Shown here: piece by piece, positions 35,965 through 49,225 of the stretch
Layout of the letters: each line of letters opens with the position of its first letter
Numbering within the stretch: the first letter of the stretch is position 1
From: Squalus acanthias
Lineage: Eukaryota
Reading direction: 5' to 3'
Assembly: GCA_030390025.1 (NCBI GenBank)
Contig: CM059433.1
Coordinates: 20,090,001 to 20,154,000, forward strand
DNA length: 64,000 bases
Notes under the pieces: generated by a model
Seen by the model: the letters and a program-made list of their open reading frames with translations, nothing else
Told to the model about the DNA's origin: nothing
Databases searched by the model: none
Made by a program: the position numbers and the translations under genes

Positions 35965-37703
35965 AGGCTGCGATTTCGCCTACCGAGGCGGGGTCGGTGG
36001 CGGGGTGTGACCTCGCTGCCGGCTCCAGCCCGCTCTGTGAAATGAATTTTCCCCTGATGGGGCTTGTTAAGCCCATCCAGCGTGTTTGCCGGCTAATTAA
36101 AGGAAGCGGGTCTGATGGCGTCATTCATGACGCGTCATCAGCCGGTTTCCTTAAAGGGACCACGCGCAAATTGATTTTGACAGATCTGCTGTCAGTGTTC
36201 TACAGCATTGAGGTACTGCAAACACTGACAAGCACTGCACAGAGGTGCACGGCTGCACCCAAGCTCTCCCATGACTCCCTCCATTTACTTATGGAGGGAG
36301 TCACAGTACGCAGGGTGGTCCTCTTCCCTTCCCATGGGCGGAAGAGACCTCCCCAGGAGATCAAAGCAGCCTGGTTGCACATTGCACAGGAGGACACAAG
36401 CTAGGATGTCGTAAGGAGGACCAGGCTGCAGTGGCGCAAACCTTTCAATGATCACTGCAAAGCCACACTCAACCTCATCCTGCAGTGCCATGCATCTCAT
36501 TCCCATCACTCTGCCTTCCCTACCCTACTCCTGCACATCGTTACTCACACCAACTTACCTTGCATCTCCACCCATCCCTCTCTATCTACATTATCACTTC
36601 CCCATCTCACTAGCCACCCCTCACACTCACCCTCATCCTAGTCCAATCATATCAAGTAACAACACACAAAGGTAGGCACTTGCGTGTTTTAGCCAATATT
36701 CATGTGAAGTTTCTGTTAATGTGGTGTCAAACATTGAAACATTTATTTTCAACATTTTGTGTTCTTGGACAGATTTCTGTGCACCTTTGGAAGTGGCTTC
36801 GTGAATTGTAGTGAATGGTGAAACATAACAGTAGCCCCCGCAATGGTGATGAGTGTGAAAGGAATGGCTTGGGCATTGTAGGGATGCTTTATGGTGTTGG
36901 TGTAGGGTGGTGCTAACCTGGCACATCATGTGGCAGCCAGGGTGTACAGCGCCAAGTGAAGTAAATCTGGCCATGGTGATGCCATCCCTGACCTCCTGGG
37001 CAGCAATGTGGTCGGGTGCTGATGCCCTGTGTCCTGTGCAGCATCCGTTGATTGTGGAAAAGGTTGGTGTTGTTGGTGCTGCTGGTGTGCCTGATGATGC
37101 TGGTGTTGAGGCTGATTGTGGTGGGATTCTATGGACCAAGGTGAGAGTGTATAAAGTGCACCAATGCTGATGGAATAGATGGCAGGTGAAGTAGAGATGA
37201 CAGAAGCGATCTGTCAATGGTGGTGGAGGTAATGAGGTCAGACTGGATGGAGACTTGTGTAAAGACTTGCAGCATTCTGAATCTGTAGTGGAAATGCAGT
37301 TTAGAGAAGCTAATGGTAAGGGAACATTTCTCAATCAGCTGGGAGCTTTGACTTGACATTTGAAGCTGTCAACTCATCAGCTGAAACAATGGCCAATGAC
37401 CTCCCGCCTCAGCTTCATAGACGAGGTCTAGACACAGCGGGAAACTGGTGGGCGACCTGTCAAATTCAAAAAGCTGGGAAAAAGCATTGTTATGTGACTG
37501 TAAACAAGCGTCTAATGATTTTACTTGCCTCCCCCGCCGCTGCTTGTCGGGTCTGCTCAGTGCTGACAGACCCGACTTTTGGCAAAGGCGCATGGTGGTG
37601 GGTTGACATCGGGGTCCCGACTCGCTGTCAAAAAAAATATTCTCCCACCCGACCCACCACTGACCCCCCACCCCCCACTCCCCACCGCCGTAAAATTCCC
37701 CCC
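35965..37703. mobile_element. Internally deleted Harbinger transposon
   Basis: Plus strand: APKLSHDSLHLLMEGV..RRVVLFP..GRKRPP..KAAWLHIAQE..RT.LQWRK.FND (Myb/SANT). Minus strand: probable transposase N/C-terminal remnants (AAQEVRDGITMARF). Ends GGCTGCGATTTC / AAAATTCCCCCC. Confidence 0.75.
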
Positions 37704-38199
37704 TTGGTTTCCTTCCTTGTGCCAAACATTTTTGTCCTCAGAAACTCTTAATTCTATTTAAAGCCCAAGTACATCCAACTTTTTTCATATCTAGAGAGGA
37801 TTTTCTCGACCTCTCTCATACTCCTGGACAGGATGCAATAAAAAGCGTTCAGTCTGCTTGTTGATCCATCTCTACTACTAACTTCCAACCTCTCTCCATT
37901 GCAACTTTTCTTGTGATTCTCCATTTTATCACTACTGACGTGGCAGTGCTCCTCTAAACTTTTGTTTCAATTCTTCCTTCTACAGTATAAATACATCATC
38001 CTCTATATAATGTATCTACTCTCTGAACTTCACTTTGTTGAAAGCAATATTCATTGCATAGTCTCCTACTTAACACATTCTTTCCCACAATCTCAAAATT
38101 GTGGAATTGCTTATTTTGTTCTGTCTTTCCTTCTACATTATTCAGGCTTGTAACATGTAGGTTTAATGTAATATAACTAAACCTAGTTATGCTGAAGCT

Positions 38200-39560
38200 T
38201 TATAAATCACTGTTTATACCTCAGCTGGAGTATTGAGTCCAATTTTGGGCTCCACACTTTAGGAAGGATGTCAAGGTCTTGGAAAGAATGCAGAGGAGAT
38301 TTACTAGAATGGTACCAGGGATGAAGGCCTTCAGTTATCGTCCTCCAATTAAATATTGGGAAGACTGAAGCCATTGTCTCTAATCCCCACCACAAACTCC
38401 GTTCCCTAGCCACCAACTCCATCCTCCTCCCTGGCTGAACCAGATTGTTCGCAATCTTAGTCACCTATTTGCTGTGCTTCCGACTCCATGTCCTCTCCAT
38501 GACCAAAACTGCCTACTCCCATCTCCATAACATCTCCATCCCTGCCTCAGCGCATCAGCTGTTGAAAAGCTCATCCATGCCTTTGTTACCTCTAGATTCT
38601 ACTATTGCAATGCTCTCCTGGCCGGCTTCCAACTTTACACCCTTCGTAAACTTGAGCTCATCCAAAACTCTGCTGCCCGCATCCTATCTCGCAACCTGGT
38701 CATTTTGGCCATCGCATGTGCTCGTTGATCTACACTGGCTCCTGGTCCGGCAATGCCACGATTTTAAAATTTTCATCCTTGTTTTCAAATCCCTCTATGC
38801 CCTCGACCCTCCCTATCTCTGTAACCTCCTCCAGCCCTACAACCCTCCGAGATCTCTGCGCTCCTCCAATTCTGGCCTCTTGCACATCCCTGATTCTCAT
38901 CGCTCCACCATTGGTGGCTTTCAGCTGCCTAGGCCCGAAGCTCTGGAATTTCCTCCCGAAACCTCTACCTCTCTCTCCTCCTTTAAGACACTCCTTTAAA
39001 CTTACCTCTTTGAACAACCTATTCGCCATCTGTCCTAACCTTTCCTTATGTGGCTCGGTGTCAAATCTTGTTTGATACCGCTCCTGTGAAGAGCCTTGGG
39101 ACGTTTTACTATGTTAAAGGCACTATATAAATGCAAGTTGTTTTGGTTGTTGTTATGTGGAGAGACTCGAGAAACTGGGATTATTCTCCTTGGAGCAGAG
39201 AAGGTTAAGGGAGATTTAATAGAGGTGTTCAAAATTATGAACGGTTTTGTTTCCACTGGCAGGAGGGTAAGTAACCATAGATCACAAATTTAAGATAATT
39301 GGCAAAAGAACCAGGGTGGAGATGAGGAGAACTTTCTGAACACAGCGAGTTACGATCTGAAATGCACTGCCTGAAAGAGTGGTGGAAGCAGATTCAATGG
39401 CAATTTTCAAAAGGAAATTTGATATATACTTGAAAAGGAAACAGTTGCAGGGCTATGGGGAAAGAGCAGGGAGTGGGACTAATTAGCTCGCTCTTTCAAA
39501 GAGCCGGTACAGGCACGATGGACCGAATGGTCCCCTTCTCTGTTGTATGATTCTATGATT
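38200..39560 (+). mobile_element. CR1 3' fragment interrupted by L2
   Basis: Rejoined flanks read PQLEY..QFWAPHFRKDV..LERMQRRFTRM..FSY|VERLEKLGLFSLEQRRLRGDLIEVFKIM; tail TATGATTCTATGATTC. Confidence 0.85.
38339..39152 (+). mobile_element. L2 3' fragment
   Basis: QLNIGKTEAI, LIHAFVTSR.DY and DLHWLLV..FKIFILVFKSL; (GTT)n tail; GTTAT is duplicated at the junctions. Confidence 0.88.
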
Positions 39561-40194
39561 CAGTGATATAACCTCTACATACTGATTTATCTCATCTCTT
39601 TTACACTTTTCAACCTTGGTATCCTGCACTAACAACCTTAGTTTGTCACCTTGGCTTTTCAATGAAAAATCTTTCCGTATCTATTTATCTTCCTCCCCTT
39701 ACCAACAAATGCAAGTAAACTGTGAATTCCACAGTTTGTTTGGCTGTCCCAGGGTCAAATGGATCATTATAGAAAATGTATATGCAACACAATATGCTTC
39801 TTCAGAGGATGCACATTCCGCTTAACACACTTGCAATATGCCACGTGGGTGGGCAATGTCATCATCTGTGTTTGTTAACTTTGCAGGATCCTGTCATAAA
39901 CTGCTGCATTCTGCTTCCTTATCTAATGTGATAGTTTTGAAACCTACATTGGTGTCTGCATGGCTTGGGAGTGAGTCATAATAGTTATGTTCAAAAAAAA
40001 TGGTTGGCCTTTTCCTGAGTTCAAGTAACAGATGCTGCAGAAAAATGTAGTCAGTCATCAGAATGACATTTTTAATGCTAAAGTTCATTTGGATGCCTGG
40101 GAAACTTAGGAACTTGTTGCAGTAAAACCCTCAAAAAAGTTCTTATTGTTCACATCATTTCCACCACAATATTGCCAGATACAAGAGATAGCGG

Positions 40195-40981
40195 CCTAGG
40201 AATTGGTTCATGCCAGCCTGCCAGTGCAAACTGGGCGCAGGAAACGATCCCTGAACCTGAACAGGTAGGCCCAAGGCGCATCTGATATTGGGCCTCAGGC
40301 CTCATTTCAAAAGGGAATTGGTTATATACTTGAAAAGGAAAAACTTGCAGGCCTATGGGGAAAGAAGAGGGGAGTGGGACTAATTGGATAGCTCTTTCAA
40401 AGAGCCGGCACAGGCATGATGGCAAAGAGCACCAAATGCTTGCTGGGCACCCCCAGGCTGCTTCACTTCCAGGCCACGGCCCTCCAGTAGGCCCTAGGAG
40501 AGTGGGGGCGGGGGGAAGCGATAGGGAGGGAGAAGCCGATCAGGATCGGGTGGGGGCCAAGCGGAGGACTGGCAGCAGACCTCGGCACTGCAGTGGAGCC
40601 GGAAGGAGCACTCCTGCACCTCCCTGCTCCATATTTAGGTAAGTATTTTTTAACAAACTTACTTTTTGGTGGTCGTTAAGGACCACTGGTTAGGCTGCAT
40701 GCAGACCATGTTTTCCTGAATGCAGCTGGTGCTGGCTGCGTTCAGGGCAGCCCAATTTTGCAAAGGGGGGCTTTAAACAGGCGATAGGCCCCCTATTTAC
40801 ATATGCAAAGTGCCGAACGCCTGTTTCAGGTGCGGGCCCTCAGCACCTCCTTTCATGCCTTTACCAATATGGCGGGCCGTGCACTTCTGGCGTGTAATGA
40901 GTGTGCCCGTCCTGCCTGCCATGTTTCATGTTTAGGTGCCCGTTCTGTACCTGTAAAACAGTGCCATCGTACTTCTGGGCC
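40195..40981. mobile_element. MITE containing a CR1 3'-end piece (40305-40420)
   Basis: Ends GGCCTAGGAATT / ACTTCTGGGCC; internal motifs shared with 9660-10030. Confidence 0.55.
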
Positions 40982-41707
40982 TTCATGTTGGGACTCCCTG
41001 AAGAGAAATTGGCTTCTTTTAGACAGCAGGTGGCATCATTACACGACCCAGCTCCTGCAGTGGTGAGTGTGAGATCCAAGAATAAATAGGAGGACTTCAT
41101 TCAGTCACACTTAATCTGCCAACTAAATTAAGAATGGATACAGGAGCATTCAAATATCAAAACATCACCGTACCATCCTAATCCCAAATCCACCTACTTC
41201 ATGAGTACATTTTATCCGTAGGAATCCCATTCTGTTGAACTAATTTTGGGGACAAAGAATTGTAAATTCAAAGGTAACTGTTGTGAAACTATTTTCCAAC
41301 CTTTTACTTTCAAGAAAAAAGTTCAAGAAAGATGTGATACAGGGAAAGTGCATTTGTGAAAAATGTAACAACTTCAATTATGTGCACACAAAATGTAAAT
41401 TTAGACAGCAGCGTCTGTTGTTCTCTCTTGAAGTCTCCGATGTGATATAGATGCTTTAGGAGAGGGTTTTGGCTTCAATTGTTTGTTTGCATGTATGCCT
41501 CATTGGTTCCTTGCTTGACTTCAATCACTGATAAAAACAATATGAGTTGAAGTATTCATTACAACATTGACTACCTGAAGCAAGACCAGAGTATTGGATG
41601 CCATAGAAATATGTAAATATGCTAATTCCTTTACTTTGTTAGTCATATGGGACAACTACCTCCTTTGCTTTGATCACCTAGTTGGTCATAAAGCTGCTAT
41701 ACTTTTT

Positions 41708-42560
41708 GGGGGAGAAATTCGGTATCGCCCCGTTTGGGGCGCAATTATCGGCCGGGCGCAAAGTTTAGCGCCTGCCGCTAATTATCGCCTCAGACTGCAT
41801 ACTTGGCTTCTATCGCCCTTGGAGGTGATTGGAGTGCTAAATCAGGCACTACACACCTCTCTTAAGGCGCTAACGCCGAGGCGCTACCTCAGAGCGCTGG
41901 CGAAGCTCATGTGATGTCAGTCAGCAATGGAACATAGACACACTGGCGCCAGCCAGTTCTTAAAGGGGAGGGTCGATCTTGCTCTCCATCCACACCCTGC
42001 TCATTGCAGCCTTGAATCTCGGCCTGGAGAGACCTGTACATCAAATCTGCTGGAAAGGACAATGGCAAGGCCCAGGGAAAGAGATCAGAGTGCAGCCCCC
42101 ACAGTCTCTTCTCAATCAATACAAGGAAGGGCAAATCAAAATGAACCTGCTCAGTACCCAAAACTCCTTCACACAGCGTTGAATCTCTCCAGAAGTTTCT
42201 CTCTCTCTCTCAGAATGTGTGGTGCAAAAATGTCACCGACAAAAAAAGGCAGGAAGCGTTCGCCTTTAAATAGCACTCCCCCAGTCCCTTCCCGACTGCA
42301 AAACGTTCCCCTCAACCTGTCGTTGCTAGCGGCAGGTGGTAAGGCAGGGGGCGCCACTCAATATCCGGTCTGGGGCGCTACCGGGATGTTGCACGCTCGA
42401 CTGATGTCACGATCTGCTGGCGCAGGAGATTGTGGCGGTAGTGTTTAGCACCGCCGCAAAATGTCTGGTCAATTTCGCGAACGGCGCAAACATCGCCGCG
42501 CCCGGGCCCTAGTTTCTTAGGGCACTAACGGGAGGCGCAAAGCAACCAAATTTTTCCCCC
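41708..42560. mobile_element. Harbinger-type MITE, family A copy 2
   Basis: TIRs GGGGGAGAAATT / AATTTTTCCCCC with TTT flanks on both sides; colinear with 32635-33527. Confidence 0.88.
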
Positions 42561-45250
42561 TTTATGTCTTAGTGTACCAGATCAGCAAGCAGTCCTGAAG
42601 ACATCCTGCAAACAACCGCATGATCTGATTCATGGAAGGAGGCGAATACAGTTTTATATGTTGGTCTTGGTGTTATATTTAGCTCTGGGTGTTAAGATAA
42701 TGGAATTACGTATGACCCGACTAAGATGAAAATTAGTTACAGAATCTTCAATTATTTTAATAAATCTAAAAGATGTTTGAGGAGAGTAATGGGGGAAAAG
42801 TAAGAAAAAAAGCTTATTAAGGACTTCTTCATGGTGCGGAAGCCTTGTTCAGAGTTCCAAATTAAGCAGCACATGCAGTTTTTCTCTGTGGGTGGGCAGG
42901 AGAAAATTGTGTTGTTTACTCTCATTTAGAATATGAATAAACTCGAAGGAAGAAGGTTAAGATTAACACAGCTAGTAGTTATTATTGAAAAAGAATCAGT
43001 GGTGGCTTTAGGGGTGGATGTGGCTGTATCCTGCTTTTTAATTCAATTCTCATTGGCAGCTGGGAGGGTCATTTGCCATCCATGCAAATCCATTCATTCA
43101 CTTCTCTGCGTGAGTATTTCTTTTTAAACAAATTAACTTTATTAAAAATCGACCAATAAATTCATGTGAAATACTGCACTCCAATAGAAAATCAGATTAA
43201 TTATATTTCAGAGGATTATAAATCATAACCGATATACAGAACATCGGTCATTCAAGAACATAGGTTAATTGTGATAAATTAATTGAAAATCTATTAGCTT
43301 AGAACAATTTTTCTCAGAACTTAAATAGACTACATACAATCTTTCTTTTATCTATCGTTTACTTTAAAATTTTGTTGCAAATCTATTCTTAGCCAGCTTC
43401 TCAGTTTTGCTGATTTATCAGTTTCTGGCTTACAGATCCTGCAGCTTTGCTTCCAGTTGACTCTCTTTTCCTCACACTATCTATTTCCTTCCTGGTAAAT
43501 GTGTGTATTTGTGTCTGTCTTCCTTCGAAATCTCCTACTCTATTTCTCTTCATTTTTATTTCTTCTGGCCCTCCAGAACCGCTACATTAATTCATAGTTG
43601 TTCTTCCTTGCTTTCCCTCTCGGACATTCTTCTCGGTGATATTAACGTGAAAATGACCTCAGCACAAGTCAACACACTTGGGGAAGGAGTGATACAATTG
43701 GACAAAGGGGAAGGAGCTGTTATAATGTCCAGGCTAATAAGAAAAATAAACAGACGAGTGTATTTTATCAGCACGCCTTATCCTTCAGAAATCCTGATAC
43801 AATTATTTTATTAAACAATAAATAATCAGATCTAAGGTTTTAATTGAAATCTTCATGAAGTTACAGTTACATTTACATATGTGCAATTAAAAATGTCTTT
43901 TTTCACATGACTATTAATGAATAACAAGGCTATACATAGATATAGTAGGTTATTGTTAAAATATCAATTTAGTCTCACCAATTGTAAATATGACAATTTT
44001 GGGAAGTTAAGAAAAAAGGTTGATTAAATATATTGAATTAAACTACATGTATTTTTTTTTTTATAAAGCAAGAATCAACAACTACAATGAATAAAGCTGT
44101 GTTTATCTTTTAAAAAAAAATGCAACAATTATGAATGACGCTGTAATTATTTTTAAAACAAGCCTCCAACAGCAGACACTGCAATACATGCTCATACGTG
44201 GTATCTGATGCAGGCAGAAGAATCACTTGACAGCTAAGAAAATGCAGTCATTCATTTGTGGATATAATACAGTGGAACACAATGACATAGCACGAGTATC
44301 ATGCAGTATTGCACTGTATTATACTGGTTCTGCCAAAATGATTGACCATTTTCAAATGTTCACATTTTTAGTTTGAAGCCTGCATCTTTCCAGTCTTCAC
44401 TGACCACCAATACCTTGATTTTAGACCAACATTTACTTGTAAGCTTCACTTCTTGCATTCATTCCACCAACCTGACATATCTTCTGAATCTCGAGCTGGT
44501 AGATCACCACAGCTAATTGATTAGCTGTAACTAAATCAGATCAGTGGTTGGCCTCAGTGCTCTGATCTGCCTCCAGCCTGACATATTCTCTAAACCCTGA
44601 GAACACAGGCCATCTCAGCATATGTTCTAGTTCCCAGATCAGATGGAGAATTCACACCAGGCAATTTGTAAGAGAAGAAATACTGAGCTTGTTGATTTTA
44701 CTGGAGATACCAAACAGAAAAGCCTGGGGCTTTCCCACTCTTAATTGCTTTGAAATTCTTCATGAGAAGTGTGAGGCTGTGTTGTACTGACTCTGGCTGA
44801 ACCTCACCTGTGGCTTCTGTAGTCAGCGTTTGAGCTTGAGTTTGTCAGGGGTCCCCGTCAGGATCAGTGAGAGCTGAGATCAAACTATCTGAAATCTTCA
44901 GATGTTGGTTGGTCACATAATACTGCTTTGTTTGGTGTCCTGGATGTCACACTGCTGCGCAACGGTGTAATACAGTGCTTCCCAATAGAAATCGCTGGCT
45001 ACAACGACACCGTTTTAGCCGCATGCGCTAATTTTAGTAGAAAACGCCCCACTGCCACTCGCACATGTATATTTACTTAATGAATATGAATCATTGCTCA
45101 GTAGCCAAGGGACGCAACACATTCTGCTTTTTGTCTCACCATTTTACTAACAAATGCAATAAAAGGTTAAAGTACACATGCCTGCACAGAGTGAATGAGT
45201 ATTGAGATTATATACTGAAAGATGGTGACTATTACACATTAAAAAAAAAA

Positions 45251-47160
45251 TTGTTTCTGGGATGTGGGCATCGCTGGCAAGGCCAGCATTTATTGCCCAT
45301 CCCTATTTGCCCTTGAGAAGGTGGTGGTGAGCCGCTTTCTTGAAACGCTGCAGTCCGTGTGGTGAAGGTACTCCCACAGTGCTGTTAGTTAGGGAGTTCC
45401 AGGATTTTGACCCAGCGACGATGAAGGATCGGCGATATACTTTTAAGTCAGGATGGTGTGTGACTTGGAGGGGAACTTGGAGGTGGTGGTGTTTCCATGT
45501 GCCTGCTGCCCTTGTCCTTCTAGGTGGAAGAGGTCACGGGTTTGGGAGGTGCTGCCGAAGAAATCTTGGCGCGTTGCTGCAGTGCATCTTGTAGATGGTA
45601 CACACTGCAGCCACAGTACACCGGTGGTGGAGGGAGTGAATGTTTAAGCTGGTAGATGGGGTGCCAATCAAGCGGGCTGCTTTGTCCTGTATGGTGTTGG
45701 GCTTCTTGAGTGTTGTTGGAGCTGCACTCAACCAAGCAAGTGGAGAGTATTCCATCACACTCCTTACTTGTGCCTTGTAGATGGTAGAAAGGCTTTGGGG
45801 AGTCAGGAGGTGAGACACTCGCCGCAGAATACCTAGCCTCTGACCTGCTCTTGTTGCCACAGTATTTATGTGGCTGGTCCAGTTAAGTTTCTGGTCAATG
45901 GTGACCCCCAGGATGTTGATGGTGGGGGATTCGACGATGGTAATGCCGTTGAATGTCAAGGGACGGTGGTTAGACTCTTGCTTGTTGGAGATAGTCATTG
46001 CCTGGCACTTCTGTGGCTCAAATGTTACCTGCCACTTATTAACCCAAGCCTGAACGTCGTCCAGGTCTTGTTGCATGCGGGCATGGACTGCTTCATTATC
46101 TGAGGAGTTGTGAATGGCACTGAACACTGCAGTCATCAGTGAACATCCCCATTTCTGACCTAATGTTGGAGGGAAGGTCATTGATGAAGCAGCTGAAGAT
46201 GGTTGGGCCAAGGACACTGCCCTGAGGAACTCCTGCAGTGATGTCCTGGGGCTGTGATGATTGACCTTCAATCACCACAACCATCTTTCTTTGTGCTAGG
46301 TATGACTCCAGCCAGTGGAGAGTTTTCCCCCCGATTCCAATTGACTTCAATTTTACTAGGGCTCCTTCATGCCACACTCAGTCAAATGCTGCCTTGATGT
46401 CAAGGGCAGTCACTCTCACCTCACCTCTGGAATTCAGCTCCTTTGTCCATGTTTGGACCAAGGCTGTAATGAGGTCAGGAGCCGAGTGGTCCTGGCGGAA
46501 CCCAAAACTGTGCATCAGTGAGCAGGTTATTGGTGAGGAAGTGACGCTTGATAGCGCTGTCGATGACACCTTCCATCACTTTGCTGATGATTGAGAGTAG
46601 ACTGATGGGGTGTTAATTGGCTGGATTGGATTTGTCCTGCTTTTTGTGGACAGGACATACCTGGGCAGTTTTCCACATTGCCGGATAGATGCCAGTGTTG
46701 TAGCTGTACTGGAACAGCTTGGCTAGAGGTGCGGCTAGTTCTGGAGCACAAGTCTTCAGCACGATAGTCAGGATGTTGTCAGGGCCCATAGCCTTTGCTG
46801 TATCCAGTGCGCTGAGCTGTTTCTTGATATCACGTGGAGTGAATGGAATTGGCTGAAGATTGGCTTCTGTGATGGTGGGGACCTCAGGAGGAGGCCGATA
46901 TGGATCATCCATTCGGCACTTCTGGCTGAAGATGGTTGCAAACGCTTCAGCCTTGTCTTTTGCACTCAGGTGCTGGGCTCCACCATCATTGAGGATGGGG
47001 ATATTCATGGAGCCTCCTCCTCCAGTTAGTTGTTTAATGGTCCACCACCATTCACGACTGGATGTGGCAGGACTGCAGAGTTTTGATCTGATCCGTTGAT
47101 TGTGGGATTGCTTAGCCCTGTCTATAGCATGCTGCTTCCGCTTTTTAGCATGCATGTACT
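45251..47160 (-). mobile_element. CR1-group (Zenon-like) LINE, copy 3, with RT pseudogene
   Basis: [43 protein letters not shown] and IYKAQVRSVMEYSPLAW; frameshifted. Confidence 0.9.
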
Positions 47161-47499
47161 TTGGATTTACTAATCCAAAATGCAATTAGGTACATCTAGG
47201 ATTCCAATTAGCCACATGTGGCTCATGGCTAATGTATTGGACAACACTGCTGAAATGGATAAGATGTCACTGGTTGCAATGAGATATCGCAAAGACATTT
47301 TTCTTCATTCGTCACCCTGATGAAATAATGTGTTGGCGGTGGTTAGTTGATGATCAGCACATTTGGTTTACAGCAGAATACCAGAACCATTACTGCAGGT
47401 GATGCCCTACTGGATTCGATGGTCCTTGCTGATGCAAGCTTTGAAATTGTCTAACAATATCAATTTGTCACTGTTCGGTATGTTCTATTTAACTTCATG

Positions 47500-49225
47500 A
47501 TAGAAACATAGAAATATAAAAAAATAGGAGCAGGAGTAGGCCATTCGGCCCTTCGAGTCTGCTCCGCCATTCAATATGATCATGGCTGATCCTCTATCTC
47601 AATACCATATTCCTGCTCTCTCCCCATACCCCTTGATGCCTTTTGTGTCTAGAAATCTATCTATCTCCTTCTTAAATATATTCAGTGACTTGGCCTCCAC
47701 AGCCTTCTGTGGTAGAGAATTCCACAGGTTCACCACCCTCTGAGTGAAGAAATTTCTCCTCATCTCAGTCCTAAATGTCCTACCCCGTATCCTGAGACTC
47801 TGACCCCTCGTTCTAGACCCCCCAGCCAGGGGAAACATCCTCCCTGCATCCAGTCTGTCTAGCCCTGTCAGAATTTTATACGTTTCAATCAGATCCCCTC
47901 TCATTCTTCTAAACTCTAGTGGTTACAGGCCTAGATGATCCAATCTCTCCTCATACGACAGTCCTGCCATCCCAGGAATCAGTCTGGTGAACCTTTGCTG
48001 CACTCCATCTATGACAAGTATATCCTTTCTTAGGTAAGGAGAACAAAACTGCACACAGTACTCCAGGTCTCACCAAGGCCCTGTATAACTGTAGTAAGAC
48101 ATCCTTGCTCCTGTACTCAAATCCTCTTGCAATGAAGGCCAACATACCATTTGCCTTCCTAACTGCTTGCTGGACCTGCATATTTGCTTTCAGTGACTGG
48201 TGTACAAGGACACTCAGGTCCCTTTGTACATCAACATTTCCCAATCTATCACCATTTAAATAATACTCTGCCTTTCTGTTTTTCCTACTGAAGTGGATAA
48301 CTTCACATTTATCCACATTATACTGCATCTGCCATGTATTTGCCCACTCACTCAACTTGTCTAAATCACCTTGAAGCCTCTTTGCATCCTCCTCACAACT
48401 CACAATCCCACCTAGTTTCGTGTCGTCAGCAAACTTGGAAATATTACATAGAAACATAGAAACATAGAATCTAGGAGCAGGAGTAGGCCATTCGGCCCGT
48501 CGAGCCTGCTCCACCATTCAATACGATCATGGCTGATCATCCAAATCCAGTACCCTGTCCCTGCTTTAATCCCCACAGTACACATATCCCACCCTGCCCC
48601 CGTAACCCCACGTATTTAATTCCCCCTAACATATCCCATCCTATCCCCAGAACCCCACATATTTAATCCCCCCCTAACACTAAGGGTCAATTTATCATAG
48701 CCAAATCAACCTAACCCACACATTTTTGGACTGTGGGAGGAAACCGGAGCACCCGGAGGAAACCCACGCAGACACGGGGAGAATGTGCAAACTCCACACA
48801 GACAGTCCATTTGGTTCCCTCATTCAAATCATTGATATATATTGTGAATAGCTGGGGCCCAAGCACTGATCCCTGCGGTACCCCACTAGTCACCGCCTGC
48901 CACCCCGAAAAAGACCCACTTATTCCTACTCTCTGTTTCCTGTCTGTTAACCAATTTTCAATCCATGCCAGTATATTACCCCCAATTCCATGTGCTTTAA
49001 TTTTGCACAATAACCTCTTATGTGGGACTTTATCAAAGGCCTTCTGAAAATCCAAATACACCACATCCACTGGTTCTCCCTTATCTATTCTACCAGTTAC
49101 ATTCTCAAAAAACTCCAGTAGGTTTGTCAAACACGATTTCCCTTTCATAAATCCATGTTGACTTTGTCTGATCCCGTTGATATTTTCTAAGTGTCCTGTT
49201 ATCACATCCTTTATAATAGACTCTT
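47500..49225 (-). mobile_element. CR1 LINE 3' half
   Basis: [50 protein letters not shown] and RGDLIETYKI; (CATAGAAA)n tail. Confidence 0.93.
48447..48807 (-). mobile_element. 5'-truncated V-SINE (HE1-like) with CR1-derived tail, inserted in CR1 RT
   Basis: V-domain GTGGGAGGAAACCGGAGCACCCGGAGGAAACCCACGCAGACACGGGGAGAATGTGCAAACTCCACACAGACAG. The tail matches the host CR1 3' end (47500-47590); the flanks rejoin as AATATTACAT|TTGGTTCCC with CAT duplicated. Confidence 0.85.

Noticed and set aside
188..40085. ~40-kb tandem segmental duplication
   Set aside because: Homology is limited to ~300 bp, and the surrounding TE order differs between the two sites.
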